DNA from: Styela clava
Lineage: Eukaryota
DNA length: 64,000 nt
Direction: 5' to 3'
Assembly: GCF_964204865.1 (NCBI RefSeq)
Contig: NW_027556593.1
Location: forward strand, 1-64,000
Notes under the pieces: model-generated
Told to the model about the DNA's origin: nothing
Seen by the model: only the letters and a program-made list of their open reading frames with translations
Database searches by the model: none
Program-made: the position numbers and the translations under genes
Shown: positions 12,560 through 22,455 of the stretch, piece after piece
How the letters are laid out: each line of letters opens with the position of its first letter
How positions within the stretch are numbered: the first letter of the stretch is position 1

Positions 12560-14124
12560 TATTTTATGTTTCCTTCCTTATATTTTTTGCTAATTATAAA
12601 TCATCACCCGTTAACCATTTTACCTGAAAATTCATTTTCTCTTTTTAATCTTACTTTTTCAACATCGTAAGTATCAAAATCAGTATTCTCAAGTAATTTG
12701 TTAAAACGAATTTTTCCTTCATTTTCTCATCTATTATCTTTACAAAAAGACTTGTATTCTTCGTATATTATTTTACCATTTTTTTCCAAGGTTATATCGA
12801 TAACTTCTTCGAATAAATTGTCCAAAAATTGTTCTAATTTTGGTCTTGTTCTTTTTGCGTACAATTCTTTCATTTCTTTTGTTTGATATATTTTACATTT
12901 CGATTTCACAAAATAATAAAATGCGATTGTCATAATCTTTGTCAAACTTTTCTTGTTGTACATAATCGACTCTGGATCATGTCTTGCCTTGTATTTACCA
13001 AAATTGTTTTTTAGTTCTATAAAGCAAAAACGTCTTCGTAAAGCCTCTCGTCCATTGATTTCCGAATTGATATGGTATACTTCATTAGTCGAAAAAATAT
13101 AATTTTGAGGAGGAATTACTTTTGAAAAGCTTGTTTTGTATTTTTCTTCGAAAGATTTAACGCAATTTTTGTCTGTAAAATCCTTCAACAATGCTATTCT
13201 GCTTTTATTTAATTTGTATTCCTCGTCGAATAAAACAGCAACTCGGTTAATTAGAGTTGTATATATCATTTTGTGTCCGGCATCTAGCATTTTGATTGAT
13301 GCTTCATTTTGAATGCCGTCCTCGTTTGTTTTCTTTATTAATCGTAAAAACTCAGATTTACCATTGTTTCCTCCACCATTAATTACTACTATACTTCCCA
13401 TTTTTGCTCTGTAGAGATTGACCTTAGCTAATATTGTGAATAATGTCTTTGTTAATTCTTCGTCTTTTTTAGCGAAATCCGCAACAAATTCGTATTCTTT
13501 ATCATTGCGGAAATCAATTTCGTTATTTAAATATTTAGTAAAAAGTTCATAATCGAAAAAAGTCTCATTTGGTATAAATCATGGTTTTTTGTGTTCCTCT
13601 GTCATCTCCTCTTTATTTTTTAATATCATGTCAGGTAATTCTCATTCGGTAATTCCGTTGTCGGCAACTCGGTATAATCCTTTGTTGGCGAAAAAAAACC
13701 CTTTTCTGTTTTGAATGAATCCTGCCATTTTTTTTTGATATTCAAAACTGCTATCTCTGTCCGTACTAAAATATTGTGGAAAATCTTCTCGAACGTTTTT
13801 GATCAAGTTGATATGTCCAATACTTTTTTTTGTGAAAAACTCTAACAAATCAAAATCGTCTCATTTGATTCATTTTTCTTTATAAAATAAATAAAGTCCA
13901 ATCGAATCAATGTGAAAAATAGGGAGCGTTGCCCTTATATACATACATATAAAGGCAACTTTTCCGTCTTTCAACCCACAATTGTTGAGAAAAAAACTTG
14001 GTGGTCAGTCTGGAACCAATAATCGATGTTCACTGTAGTTAAAATTACTATTATTGAATAGCTTTTTGACCACTTTTGTTTTTTCCGATTGTGTATTGGG
14101 GATGAGGTCTAGCTCGCGTCTCAA
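12559..14124 (-). CDS. SF3 (D5/P4-like) replicative helicase
   Basis: GGGNNGKS Walker A, VLFDE Walker B, IFSTN motif C, ALRRR arginine finger; TTG start after AAGGAG. Confidence 0.88.
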
Positions 14125-14861
14125 CCCGAAGCGTCTCCTTTAACTTCAATTTTTTTTGAATTGATTTCGGGTTTGTCATATACGATTGAGTTGTAGCTAT
14201 TTCGAGTTAATGGAGCAATTGCTTCATCACGTTCTTTTCATTCACCGAATTTATCAGCTAAAAAGACTAATGAGTTTTGGAATTTTGGTGCCATTGAAAT
14301 TTTGTTTCATTTTCTCAAAGTTCCGTCTTCATTTAAGTAAGGTGTCTTTTTTTCCATATCTTGCATTAAGAAAGGTTGACGATAAGTTAATCCTCTAACT
14401 TTAAGATATACACCATTCATTTTGTCTTCTTTGATTAGTTTTACAGCAAAATCGAAAACATCTTTTTCATCGAAAAATTGTCTAATAATGCTAATAAAAA
14501 TTTTGATGTATTTTTGCTTTTCGATTGAATATGCGATGATTTGTAGTCGAATATATGAATCTCCATTCAATTTAGCGTTTTTACTATTTTGAATAATCCC
14601 GTGCGTCGCTTTGATGACTGATCCGATTACCATTTGTGCTCTTTCGAATGCTCGTTTTTTTTCTCCCGCAGTGACAAATTCCACTCCACTTTCTTTTTTT
14701 GCAGGTTCATTAACTACCACATTATTTTTTACAGATTCTGGCGTAGTTGTTGTTGTGTTTTGCAATTTAAAATCAGGTGCGTATTGTACTTCAGTTTTTT
14801 TTGTTGCAGGGTTTGTTGTTGTGTTTGTTGTTGTGTTTGTTGTTGTGTTGTTTGTTTCCAT
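14109..14861 (-). CDS. Putative single-stranded DNA-binding protein, Thr/Asn-rich N-terminus
   Basis: Replication-module position; acidic/aromatic tail GDASGWDAS; function inferred. Confidence 0.4.
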
Positions 14862-14872
14862 TTTTTTTCTCC

Positions 14873-15262
14873 TTATTGTTTTGGCACGTTTATTTTGGCC
14901 ATAATGGTTTGTTTTGCTTCTGTGATTTTTGTATGTTTGTTGATAATTTTTTCCAACTTAGCTGGTGGGATGCCGAATTCTAATTCGATATCCTTAACTA
15001 CCTTAACATAATTAATTTTTCGCATAGAAACTGGTTGTTTCATCGTTACTGAAAAAGAGTTATCTTTTCCGATAATTTTAGTCACTTCGTTTTGTGACAT
15101 GTAATTAATCATTGCTTCTTTGTGTAATTTAACTTTTTCTTTAATACACGCTTCTTCTTTTTTTGCTGTGATAAAACCGTCTAAAACGACCAAATCTTGA
15201 GCTGAAATTACTTCTAATACTTCTTTATTTTTCTTTAACATTAGTGTTTTATTTGTTTCCAT
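14873..15262 (-). CDS. Hypothetical protein
   Basis: ORF with GGAG RBS, conserved in copy 2. Confidence 0.7.
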   Translation of the reverse strand: METNKTLMLKKNKEVLEVISAQDLVVLDGFITAKKEEACIKEKVKLHKEAMINYMSQNEVTKIIGKDNSFSVTMKQPVSMRKINYVKVVKDIELEFGIPPAKLEKIINKHTKITEAKQTIMAKINVPKQ

Positions 15263-15272
15263 TTTTTTCTCC

Positions 15273-15596
15273 TTATTTTTTATTATTTGCTTTGTATTTT
15301 GCTTGTTCTGCTTTTTCTTTTTCTTCCATGTATTTTTTAGTGTGATGTTCTACAACTGCTGATAATTTTGAATAATCAAAAGATGTTTGTAAAATATCTT
15401 CATGCAGTGCTCTAAATTTAATACTTGCTTCTTTGTCTTTCTTGTTTTTTTTGAATTCAGCTTTTAATTTTTTTCCAAGTGATTCAATTTTTGACATTAA
15501 TTGTAATCTGTCATATTCAAATTGTGCTAAATCAATAGCATTTTCTTTTTGTGTTTTCATTGTTTTTTCTCCTATGTTTTTGTTATTTTTGGCCAT
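15273..15596 (-). CDS. Hypothetical coiled-coil protein
   Basis: ORF with GGAGG RBS, conserved in copy 2. Confidence 0.7.
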   Translation of the reverse strand: MAKNNKNIGEKTMKTQKENAIDLAQFEYDRLQLMSKIESLGKKLKAEFKKNKKDKEASIKFRALHEDILQTSFDYSKLSAVVEHHTKKYMEEKEKAEQAKYKANNKK

Positions 15597-16074
15597 TTTT
15601 TGGTCCTCCTTTATTTGTTCTAACTATAAAATAATATCCTAAAATAATTTGTACGATGAATAGTAATAGTATGATTATACCACAAATGATAAAACCAGTT
15701 GTTTTTAGTGATAAAAAATATCCTACTCATGCTGTGTAAAGTGGAATCAATCCACTAACTGTAAATATAAAACCTGATTGTACAAGGCTAAATGATTTCA
15801 AATCTTTTCATTTTCGTTCAATGTTTAATCCTGAAAAGAAAAACGAAATGTTTGTTGCCAGGAAAGCAAACGCCCCCATTGGAAAACCAAGAAGGTAATA
15901 AAAATACACCGCATTATTATCTCCACTCATGTCTCCGATGACACTTCATTCTACGTCACTAATCGCACATATTACTATTGACATTGTCGTAAATAATAAG
16001 GCTAAATAATTAATAGCCAATACTACCTTCAATATTGTTTTTTTTCAGTTTATCGGTTTTTTTATATTAAGCAT
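15583..16074 (-). CDS. Multi-pass membrane protein (163 aa)
   Basis: Code-4 ORF with about 4 hydrophobic segments. Confidence 0.65.
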
Positions 16075-16843
16075 TTTTTTTGTTCTCCGTTCTTTTATTT
16101 ATTATACACTGATAACAATATAAATTGTATCTTTTTCTACCTGTAAAACTTTCAGGTGTTTTTAATTCTGTATTTTCGAGGTTTTTATCTTCCGTGTGTT
16201 CAGCATCAAGATTGTTTCCACATTTACATTTATTGTACGGAATGTCAGTGAAATAATGACTTCTTTCTTTTAAAAAATCAATAATTGCTGTTTCATCTCG
16301 AAAAATACAGCTATATTTGTTAATCATAATATATGTAATTGATACTCCTCTCGAAAGTAAAAAACGAAAAATCATTAACACGTCATCCATTAAATGGTTG
16401 AAAAAACCTAATTCTTCAAAAACAACCATTTTTATATTTTTGGGTTTTTTAATGAATTTCGTGATTCAATCGTATTCGCTTCCAAATTCGAAAAATAAAG
16501 ATTTATTTGAAACAGATAATGATTGTCCCATATCTCACAAGAAACAATTTTTTTCAATTTTTGAAAACTCTTCGTGGCTTAATAATGATGTACTTAATTT
16601 GCACACATTGTATTTATCGTAATTGTCTGTTGGTCGAATTGATTCTTTCGGCACTACATATAGTATTTCATCAGGTTTTAGAAAACTATCCAGTCATTTC
16701 TTGACATTTGTGGTTTTTCCGGTTTTCATTGCTCCGAAAACACCAAACATTAATCCTGTTTCGAAACGTTCTGCGTCTTCTTCGAAATCAAATCATTTCC
16801 GATCATCATTTCGGTTTCATTTAATTATATTACTTTTTTTCAT
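16067..16843 (-). CDS. Divergent thymidine kinase-like protein
   Basis: FGAMKTGKTT, VVFEELGFF, Zn ligands CKC and CYQC. Confidence 0.7.
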
Positions 16844-17484
16844 ATTTCTCCTCAAAGCTCCTTATCTTGGGTTGTTTTCCTATATATTGTAACTTTTTCT
16901 ATTTGTTGTTTAACGGCGTAACCACCTTTAGCGTTGAAAAAATCGAATGTTTTTCGAAACGCAGAACGTATTAGGTTAACGTACTTTTTATCAAGGCATT
17001 TTTCGTCGTAATTGTTTGTTGGTTTTCGAATTGTTGCTCGACGCATTATTTCAGTCGTAGGACAATCGAGAAAATGAATTTCATCAGGGAAATAATCATC
17101 TAAAATAGTTTCGTTATATAATCCTAATAATTCATGTTCATTAATTGTTTTGTCTCCACCGAAAACTTGATAAGCATAAGTACTAAAAATGTATCGATCA
17201 CAAATAACAACATCGTATTTTTTCAATTGTGGTTTGATATATTTCATAAATAATTCTCATCCAATTCCGATAAACAAAACTGCTTTTGTACGTGAACTAA
17301 TATCTAGTTTATCATTGAAAAAGATTTTATTCGCCATAATGCGTCCAAATTTTATGCCTTTTGGTTCGCACGTCGTAAGTACTTTCAATCCTTCTTTTTT
17401 TAATTCTTTTTTTAATTTTTTAATATATGTTGTTTTACCAGAATAATCAATTCCTTCGACAACAATAAATTTTCCTTTTTTCAT
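16825..17484 (-). CDS. tmk: Thymidylate (dTMP) kinase
   Basis: FIVVEGIDYSGKTT, EP, VICDRYIFSTYAYQ, PD..FLD. Confidence 0.92.
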
Positions 17485-17486
17485 TT

Positions 17487-18150
17487 TTACATGTTCTCCT
17501 TTCGTATCACTATTGGTACTGCTTGTCCTTTCAGTTCAATAACTATGTGATCCCCAACCTTGTATCCTTGTTTGTTTGTTGATAAATTCACTTTCTTAGC
17601 GAAAATTTCATTCAATTTAACAGGGTGGTTCAATCATGCTATATAACTTATTTTACCAGTTTTTTTTTCCAAATTGTGTAGTTATTTTTTTGATTGTCGC
17701 ACACGCCGTCGGTCCCGGTAATTTGAACGCATATTTACGCTCGATAATAATACCATCAATAGGATAATCAATTTGTTTTTGTTGTTCGATATAATCGTTT
17801 AATTCATCAATTTTTATTGTTTTTTCAACATTTTTATAATTAATGAAATCAATTAGTTTATGTCGTTCCACTTTTTGCTTCCTATTAAGAAGACCAACAA
17901 CGTCTCTTCGTGTCCCATTTTCTTTCTTCATAACAAGTTCGCCCCAGCCGACTTCCAATATTCCTTCTATGGAAAAAGTTGTTATTTCTGATCAAGAACG
18001 GCAAACAATTAACTTGTTGGTAGAGGCATCATAAAATGCTCCCACTCCGTCAAGTTTTGGACTCACCACTATTGTTTTAGCGTGTGGTGCTAATTTAAAC
18101 AAAATGTCTTCTAAGTTTCAAAATTTTTTTAACGTTTTATTATTTATCAT
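17487..18150 (-). pseudogene. Minimal NAD+-type DNA ligase, +1 frameshift in an A9 tract (copy 1)
   Basis: PKLDG, GEL, YPIDGIII, AFK, then an OB-like domain; 664 nt versus 663 nt in the intact copy 2. Confidence 0.75.
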
Positions 18151-18496
18151 TTTGCAATTCTTCTAGTTTGATAATGTAGAAACTCAATAATCGCTTCATC
18201 ATTTCACAATGTAAAATATAACTAACTGGTTCTTTTATATCTTCTAATAATATATGTTGTGAATTATCTATATATCTTTCTCTTATTTTGAGATCCAACT
18301 CGCTATAGGTTTTAAATAAACTTTTGAGACCTTCAACATTTATTTTTTTAGTATATATTTCATATATTATCGTGTCTTCGATTATTCTATATTCTGAATT
18401 TTCGTTCCCATCAAAAAATCTGTAGGAAAAATATATTTCACTTTTTCTCTCCTTGTAGAAATATTTTTCATGTTCTAATTTGTCTCAATGATTCAT
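18140..18496 (-). CDS. Hypothetical protein
   Basis: Code-4 ORF coupled to its neighbours. Confidence 0.55.
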
Positions 18497-18778
18497 TTAT
18501 TTTGTGATATATCCTTTTTTAATTGCGTTTATCTCTCTTACTTTTTCATACGCTTCTTTTAGCGAGATTTTGAATATTTTAGCAATGGCTTCTGCGTCAG
18601 TACACAAAGCACCAAGGTTTAAAACATCATTAATTAGTTCTAAACCAATATATTTATGCTCAAAACATGGTGTAAATAATAGATGTGATGATTCGTCTAG
18701 GCAGTGAATGGTACAATAATCGCATTCATAAATGTTGTTGAGTATATCTTTATTATTTGGTTCAAATATTTTATTCAT
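18497..18778 (-). CDS. Hypothetical Cys/His-containing protein
   Basis: TAATG-coupled ATG at 18778. Confidence 0.6.
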   Translation of the reverse strand: MNKIFEPNNKDILNNIYECDYCTIHCLDESSHLLFTPCFEHKYIGLELINDVLNLGALCTDAEAIAKIFKISLKEAYEKVREINAIKKGYITK

Positions 18779-19794
18779 TATTTTTTTGTTCCTCCTCTTA
18801 ATTTTTTTCACAATTTAAATGCTGTGCTTGTTAAAACTAAGCTTAAAACGATGAAAGCAACGCCAGCTAATCCAAGCCCAATACTACTATTTACTACATT
18901 ATTTGCGTGATCTCCGTAATGCCCTTCTTCTGTTGAGATTAAAGCGCTTTCGAATGTATTGTCAATTTCTGATAATTTTTCAATATTGTCGTTTTTGGTT
19001 TTAAGTGATTCACTTTTGAATGTTTTATATGGTTCCGATAATTCTTTAATATCGTCTTTGTTAATTTCTTTTTTGTTGTTAGGAAATGTAAACTTATGTT
19101 GTGTTCACTTATCTTTAACGGTATTAAGTTTTTTTAGTTTTAATATTGAATTAGATCATGTTATACCTGCTGTTCTTTTTATTGTAGCTTCTATAAAACT
19201 TTCTTTAGCATAGGCAACACTATTAAAATTTGTACGATCGTATTCTTCGTCTCAAATATCATATGCCCTTCCAGCTATATCAAATTTTAGTTTATTAGTT
19301 TTTATTAATATTTTTTGGGTTATGATTTCTTCATCTAATTCATCAATGAAAATTTGACTATTTAATTTATAATCTTGTTTAATTGATTCTGCTACAAATT
19401 CATTAAATGTAATAGCTTGGGTATTTCCAATTTTATAATTACATTCTCCATTTTCGCTGATTTCAATTGTTACGTTACTATCTTTAATTATTCCATATGT
19501 ATTTTTAGATGCTGTTTTTTGAACTTCAAAATCTGTATCTCGTTTAGCAATTAATTCTTCATTTTTAGTAGTAAATGCTGTTTTTTGAACTTCAAAATCT
19601 GTATCTCGTTTAGCAATTAATTCTTCATTTTTAGTAGTAAATGCTGGTACGCTTTCGCTTAATGTGATACTATGTAACACAACTCCAGTGATAGCACCAA
19701 TTAAACTTAATGCGCCAACACCTAAGACAATACTTTCTCACCTATTTTTTTCTAAGAAGCTTAAAACTTCTTTAACTTGTTTATTTTTTGTCAT
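18778..19794 (-). CDS. Membrane protein with N- and C-terminal TM segments and an internal 22-aa repeat (338 aa)
   Basis: Code-4 ORF; IVLGVGALSLIGAITGVV and IGLGLAGVAFIVLSLVL segments. Confidence 0.7.
19510..19646. repeat. 66-bp exact tandem duplication (AFTTKNEELIAKRDTDFEVQKT x2)
   Basis: gctg recurs at 19511, 19577 and 19643 with identical units between. Confidence 0.92.
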
Positions 19795-20144
19795 TATTTT
19801 TGACCTCCTTTTTTTATTATATTTTCAATTTTTTTAAGTCTGACATCTAATCCTTTTAGTTTAAAATCTCTATTTCAATCAATTAATTCTTTGTTTTTTT
19901 CGGCCTCTCATTTTTCAGGCGTAGGTAACAAAGTGTTTAAATTTTTAATGATTTCTTTTATAGTTTTTAAATTATTTTCTATTTGTATTTTATTGTTACA
20001 TATGTCGACATCTAGAACCCCTAATTTGCTAAAAATAATTTCTAAGTTTCGTTCGAGTTTATTGTGTAAATAAGTTATACGTTCACTATCTGTCATTTTA
20101 TCTAACATTTTATCCTCTAAGGTTTTTTCTTTATTCTTTGTCAT
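19794..20144 (-). CDS. Hypothetical coiled-coil protein
   Basis: Code-4 ORF, TAATG-coupled. Confidence 0.65.
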
Positions 20145-20404
20145 TATTTTTGACCTCCTATTTTATTTAATTCCTTTATGTAATATTTTATCATGCTATT
20201 TATACTTTTGTACACTTTTTTTCGACGCGCCTGTTGTTTTTTTGTAATGTCTTTGGGGATCGAATTAATATCCAAATGTGCTGTCATAAGTCGTTGTACA
20301 TCAACTTTTTTCGATTTGAGATCGGCACGCAATTTTGATTCGCAACGTGACACTTCATCGTCAACAGCAAACATTCGTTTAATTTTATCTATTCTATTTT
20401 CCAT
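20144..20404 (-). CDS. Hypothetical protein
   Basis: ORF with AGGAG RBS. Confidence 0.65.
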   Translation of the reverse strand: MENRIDKIKRMFAVDDEVSRCESKLRADLKSKKVDVQRLMTAHLDINSIPKDITKKQQARRKKVYKSINSMIKYYIKELNKIGGQK

Positions 20405-20427
20405 ATTTTTTTCCTCCTTTCCTTATA

Positions 20428-20501
20428 TGGCAGGGATAGTAGGACTCGAACCCACACCAAAAGCTTTGAAGGCTTTTGTTCTACCTTTAAACTATACCCC
20501 T
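20428..20501 (-). tRNA. tRNA-Trp(UCA), decodes UGA
   Basis: AAAGC-CT-TCA-AA-GCTTT anticodon arm, short variable loop, GTTCGA, encoded CCA. Confidence 0.92.
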
Positions 20502-20506
20502 AAAAA

Positions 20507-20583
20507 TGGTACCCACGGGAGGACTCAAACCTCCAACCTAAGGCTTAGAACACCCTTACTCTAATCAATTGAGCTACGTGGGT
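20507..20583 (-). tRNA. tRNA-Arg(UCU)
   Basis: AGGGT-GT-TCT-AA-GCCTT; acceptor ACCCACG/CGTGGGT; CCA. Confidence 0.8.
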
Positions 20584-20588
20584 AAAAA

Positions 20589-20664
20589 TGGTCGGAAAGA
20601 GAGGACTTGAACCTATGATCTCTCGGACCCAAACCGAGTGCTTTTCCATCTAAGCTACTTTCCG
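20589..20664 (-). tRNA. tRNA-Pro(UGG)
   Basis: CTCGG-TT-TGG-GT-CCGAG; CCA. Confidence 0.92.
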
Positions 20665-20668
20665 ATAA

Positions 20669-20743
20669 TGGCTGGGGTAGCTAGATTCGAACTAGCGAAT
20701 GGTGGTCCCAAAAACCACTGCCTTTCCACTTGGCGACACCCCA
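20669..20743 (-). tRNA. tRNA-Gln(UUG)
   Basis: GTGGT-TT-TTG-GG-ACCAC; U1-A72; CCA. Confidence 0.92.
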
Positions 20744-20746
20744 AAA

Positions 20747-20822
20747 TGGTAGAGCCATTGGGGATCGAACCCAAGACCTCACGCTTATAAAGCGAGCGCT
20801 ATAACCACTAAGCTATGGCTCT
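20747..20822 (-). tRNA. tRNA-Ile(UAU)
   Basis: CTCGC-TT-TAT-AA-GCGTG; acceptor AGAGCCA/TGGCTCT, A73; CCA. Confidence 0.88.
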
Positions 20823-20825
20823 ATA

Positions 20826-20899
20826 TGGAGCAGATGAGAGGAATCGAACCTCCATAGTCAGATTGGAAATCTGAAGTTCTACCATTAAACTACATCTGC
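20826..20899 (-). tRNA. tRNA-Gly(UCC)
   Basis: TCAGA-TT-TCC-AA-TCTGA; U73; CCA. Confidence 0.93.
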
Positions 20900-20902
20900 T
20901 AA

Positions 20903-20979
20903 TGGTGCTGGTTACAGGCCTCGAACCTGTACTCGTCCGTTTACAAGACGGGTGCTTTGCCACATTAAGCTAAACCAGC
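20903..20979 (-). tRNA. tRNA-Thr(UGU)
   Basis: CCCGT-CT-TGT-AA-ACGGA; CCA. Confidence 0.9.
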
Positions 20980-20982
20980 AAA

Positions 20983-21068
20983 TGGTGGAGGAGGAGAGAT
21001 TCGAACTCCCGTATCTAAAAAGAATCTGATTTACAGTCAGACGCGTTTAACCACTTCGCTACTCCTCC
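20983..21068 (-). tRNA. tRNA-Tyr(GUA)
   Basis: TCTGA-CT-GTA-AA-TCAGA; long variable arm; CCA. Confidence 0.93.
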
Positions 21069-21069
21069 G

Positions 21070-21145
21070 TGGCGGACCTGACGAGAATCGAACTCGCTAT
21101 CTCCTCTTAGACAGAGAGGCATGTCATCCATTACACCACAGATCC
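21070..21145 (-). tRNA. tRNA-Asp(GUC)
   Basis: CCTCT-CT-GTC-TA-AGAGG; G73; CCA. Confidence 0.9.
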
Positions 21146-21148
21146 AAA

Positions 21149-21437
21149 TGGTGGAGATGGCGGGATTTGCACCCACTTCTTGACGCAATTTGATCATGAT
21201 TGTTTAATTTCGCTTTATATGATCATTCAAACGAAACTTAGTTGCTATTTACGAAATTGTCCCGCAACTGACAATTAAGGGGTTTTTTTGTTATTATATT
21301 CTCTAATATGACGGTGAAAACTGAAACGTGTTATTAGATACCAATGAGGATTCATTCATCAACATTGAAAGGTTGTTTGTAGTTGTTTTTGCATTTGTTA
21401 AAAAAAGAAACTACGCCAATCGAACCTATACATCCCC
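21149..21437 (-). ncRNA. ssrA: tmRNA (289 nt)
   Basis: 5' GGGGATG pairs with CATCTCC-ACCA including G3.U; T-arm; helix 2 TTGGCGTA/TGCGTCAA; tag ORF 21392-21303; two pseudoknots. Confidence 0.9.
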
Positions 21438-21443
21438 GAATAT

Positions 21444-21449
21444 ATTATA
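21444..21449 (-). promoter_or_regulatory. -10 box (TATAAT) for the tmRNA-tRNA operon
   Basis: TATAAT ends 6 nt upstream of the tmRNA 5' G. Confidence 0.6.
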
Positions 21450-22451
21450 CTACACTTTTCCTCCTCCAAATAATTTTCTTTTTAAATATTGTAGAAATGT
21501 TTCTTTCTTTTCTATTGGTGTTTTAGGTTCGAGTTTCCTATAAACTCTTGCGAAACGATGCAATGCTGGTCATCTACTGGTGAATATTTTATTCTCTCCA
21601 TAAATGTTATAGTGTTTACCAACAACCTCAAAACCTTTATCTTTAATGTTTTTAGGTGTTTCATCGAGCGAAAAAATGTAATCGTTTCAAATTCACAATT
21701 TACGAAAAACAGACAATAAAAGATGATTTGTTTTATCTTTTTTAATTTTAATGTCATTCTCGATAACATATTCTTCGATAATATCTTTAATTTTAGTATG
21801 TGTTTTCGTACTTTTTTTATATTTGTTGTCTAAGTATAAGTTGTCAACCTCTATTGTACTAAATCGCATTCTTTTTATTCGATATAGCGATCATTTAGTT
21901 AATCTATGTTTTTTAAAAAAAGGACTTTGAAATTTAATGTCTTTACATAGTTCGATTTGTTCTTCATTTAGTTTTCACAAATTGTGTTTCTTGATTTCTA
22001 ATTTTTGACAAATAGCTTTTATATCTTTTTCTTGAAGATATATAGTTGTGTTTTTAAATATACTGATTTCGTATTTGAACTTTTCAAGAAACTTTAAATA
22101 TCCAAATTCTTCTCCTGTTTCGATAATCTTTTTCGCCAAAATAGAAGCACTCACTAATGCTGATTTTGGATCAAAGCATTTATTGTATATATTAAGTGAT
22201 TTAATATTGTAAAACACAGGACAACCTTCTTTATTCATGTATCATTTGGCTCCTGCTTTCTTCATTCTATTCAAGAATCATCAATAAACCGAAAAATGTT
22301 CCTCAAAAGTAGTTAATATTCCCGATTTGGTATCTTTCGAGTCTCAGTAGTTAACTCACACTTGTTTACTTGTTATTCCTTTATGTTTGTGTGTGTAGTA
22401 AAACATTCTTTCCTCGTATGTTAATTGATTTATTTGTTTTTTATTTTTCAT
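21450..22451 (-). CDS. Hypothetical basic protein (333 aa)
   Basis: Continuous code-4 frame containing ORF 21975-22238. Confidence 0.65.
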
Positions 22452-22455
22452 AGTT

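Noticed and set aside
20428-20501. UCA tRNA as tRNA-Sec
   Set aside because: 74 nt with a short variable loop and a normal 7-bp acceptor stem; fits Trp in code 4
20507-20583. Amber suppressor (CTA) reading of the second tRNA
   Set aside because: A 5-bp stem with a 7-nt loop centres on TCT (Arg)
20193-21543. Track ORFs overlapping the tRNAs and tmRNA
   Set aside because: Explained by the RNA genes or by opposite-strand genes
21450-22451. SmpB next to the tmRNA
   Set aside because: 333 aa, with no EAG/EVKS/RKLLL/DKR motifs
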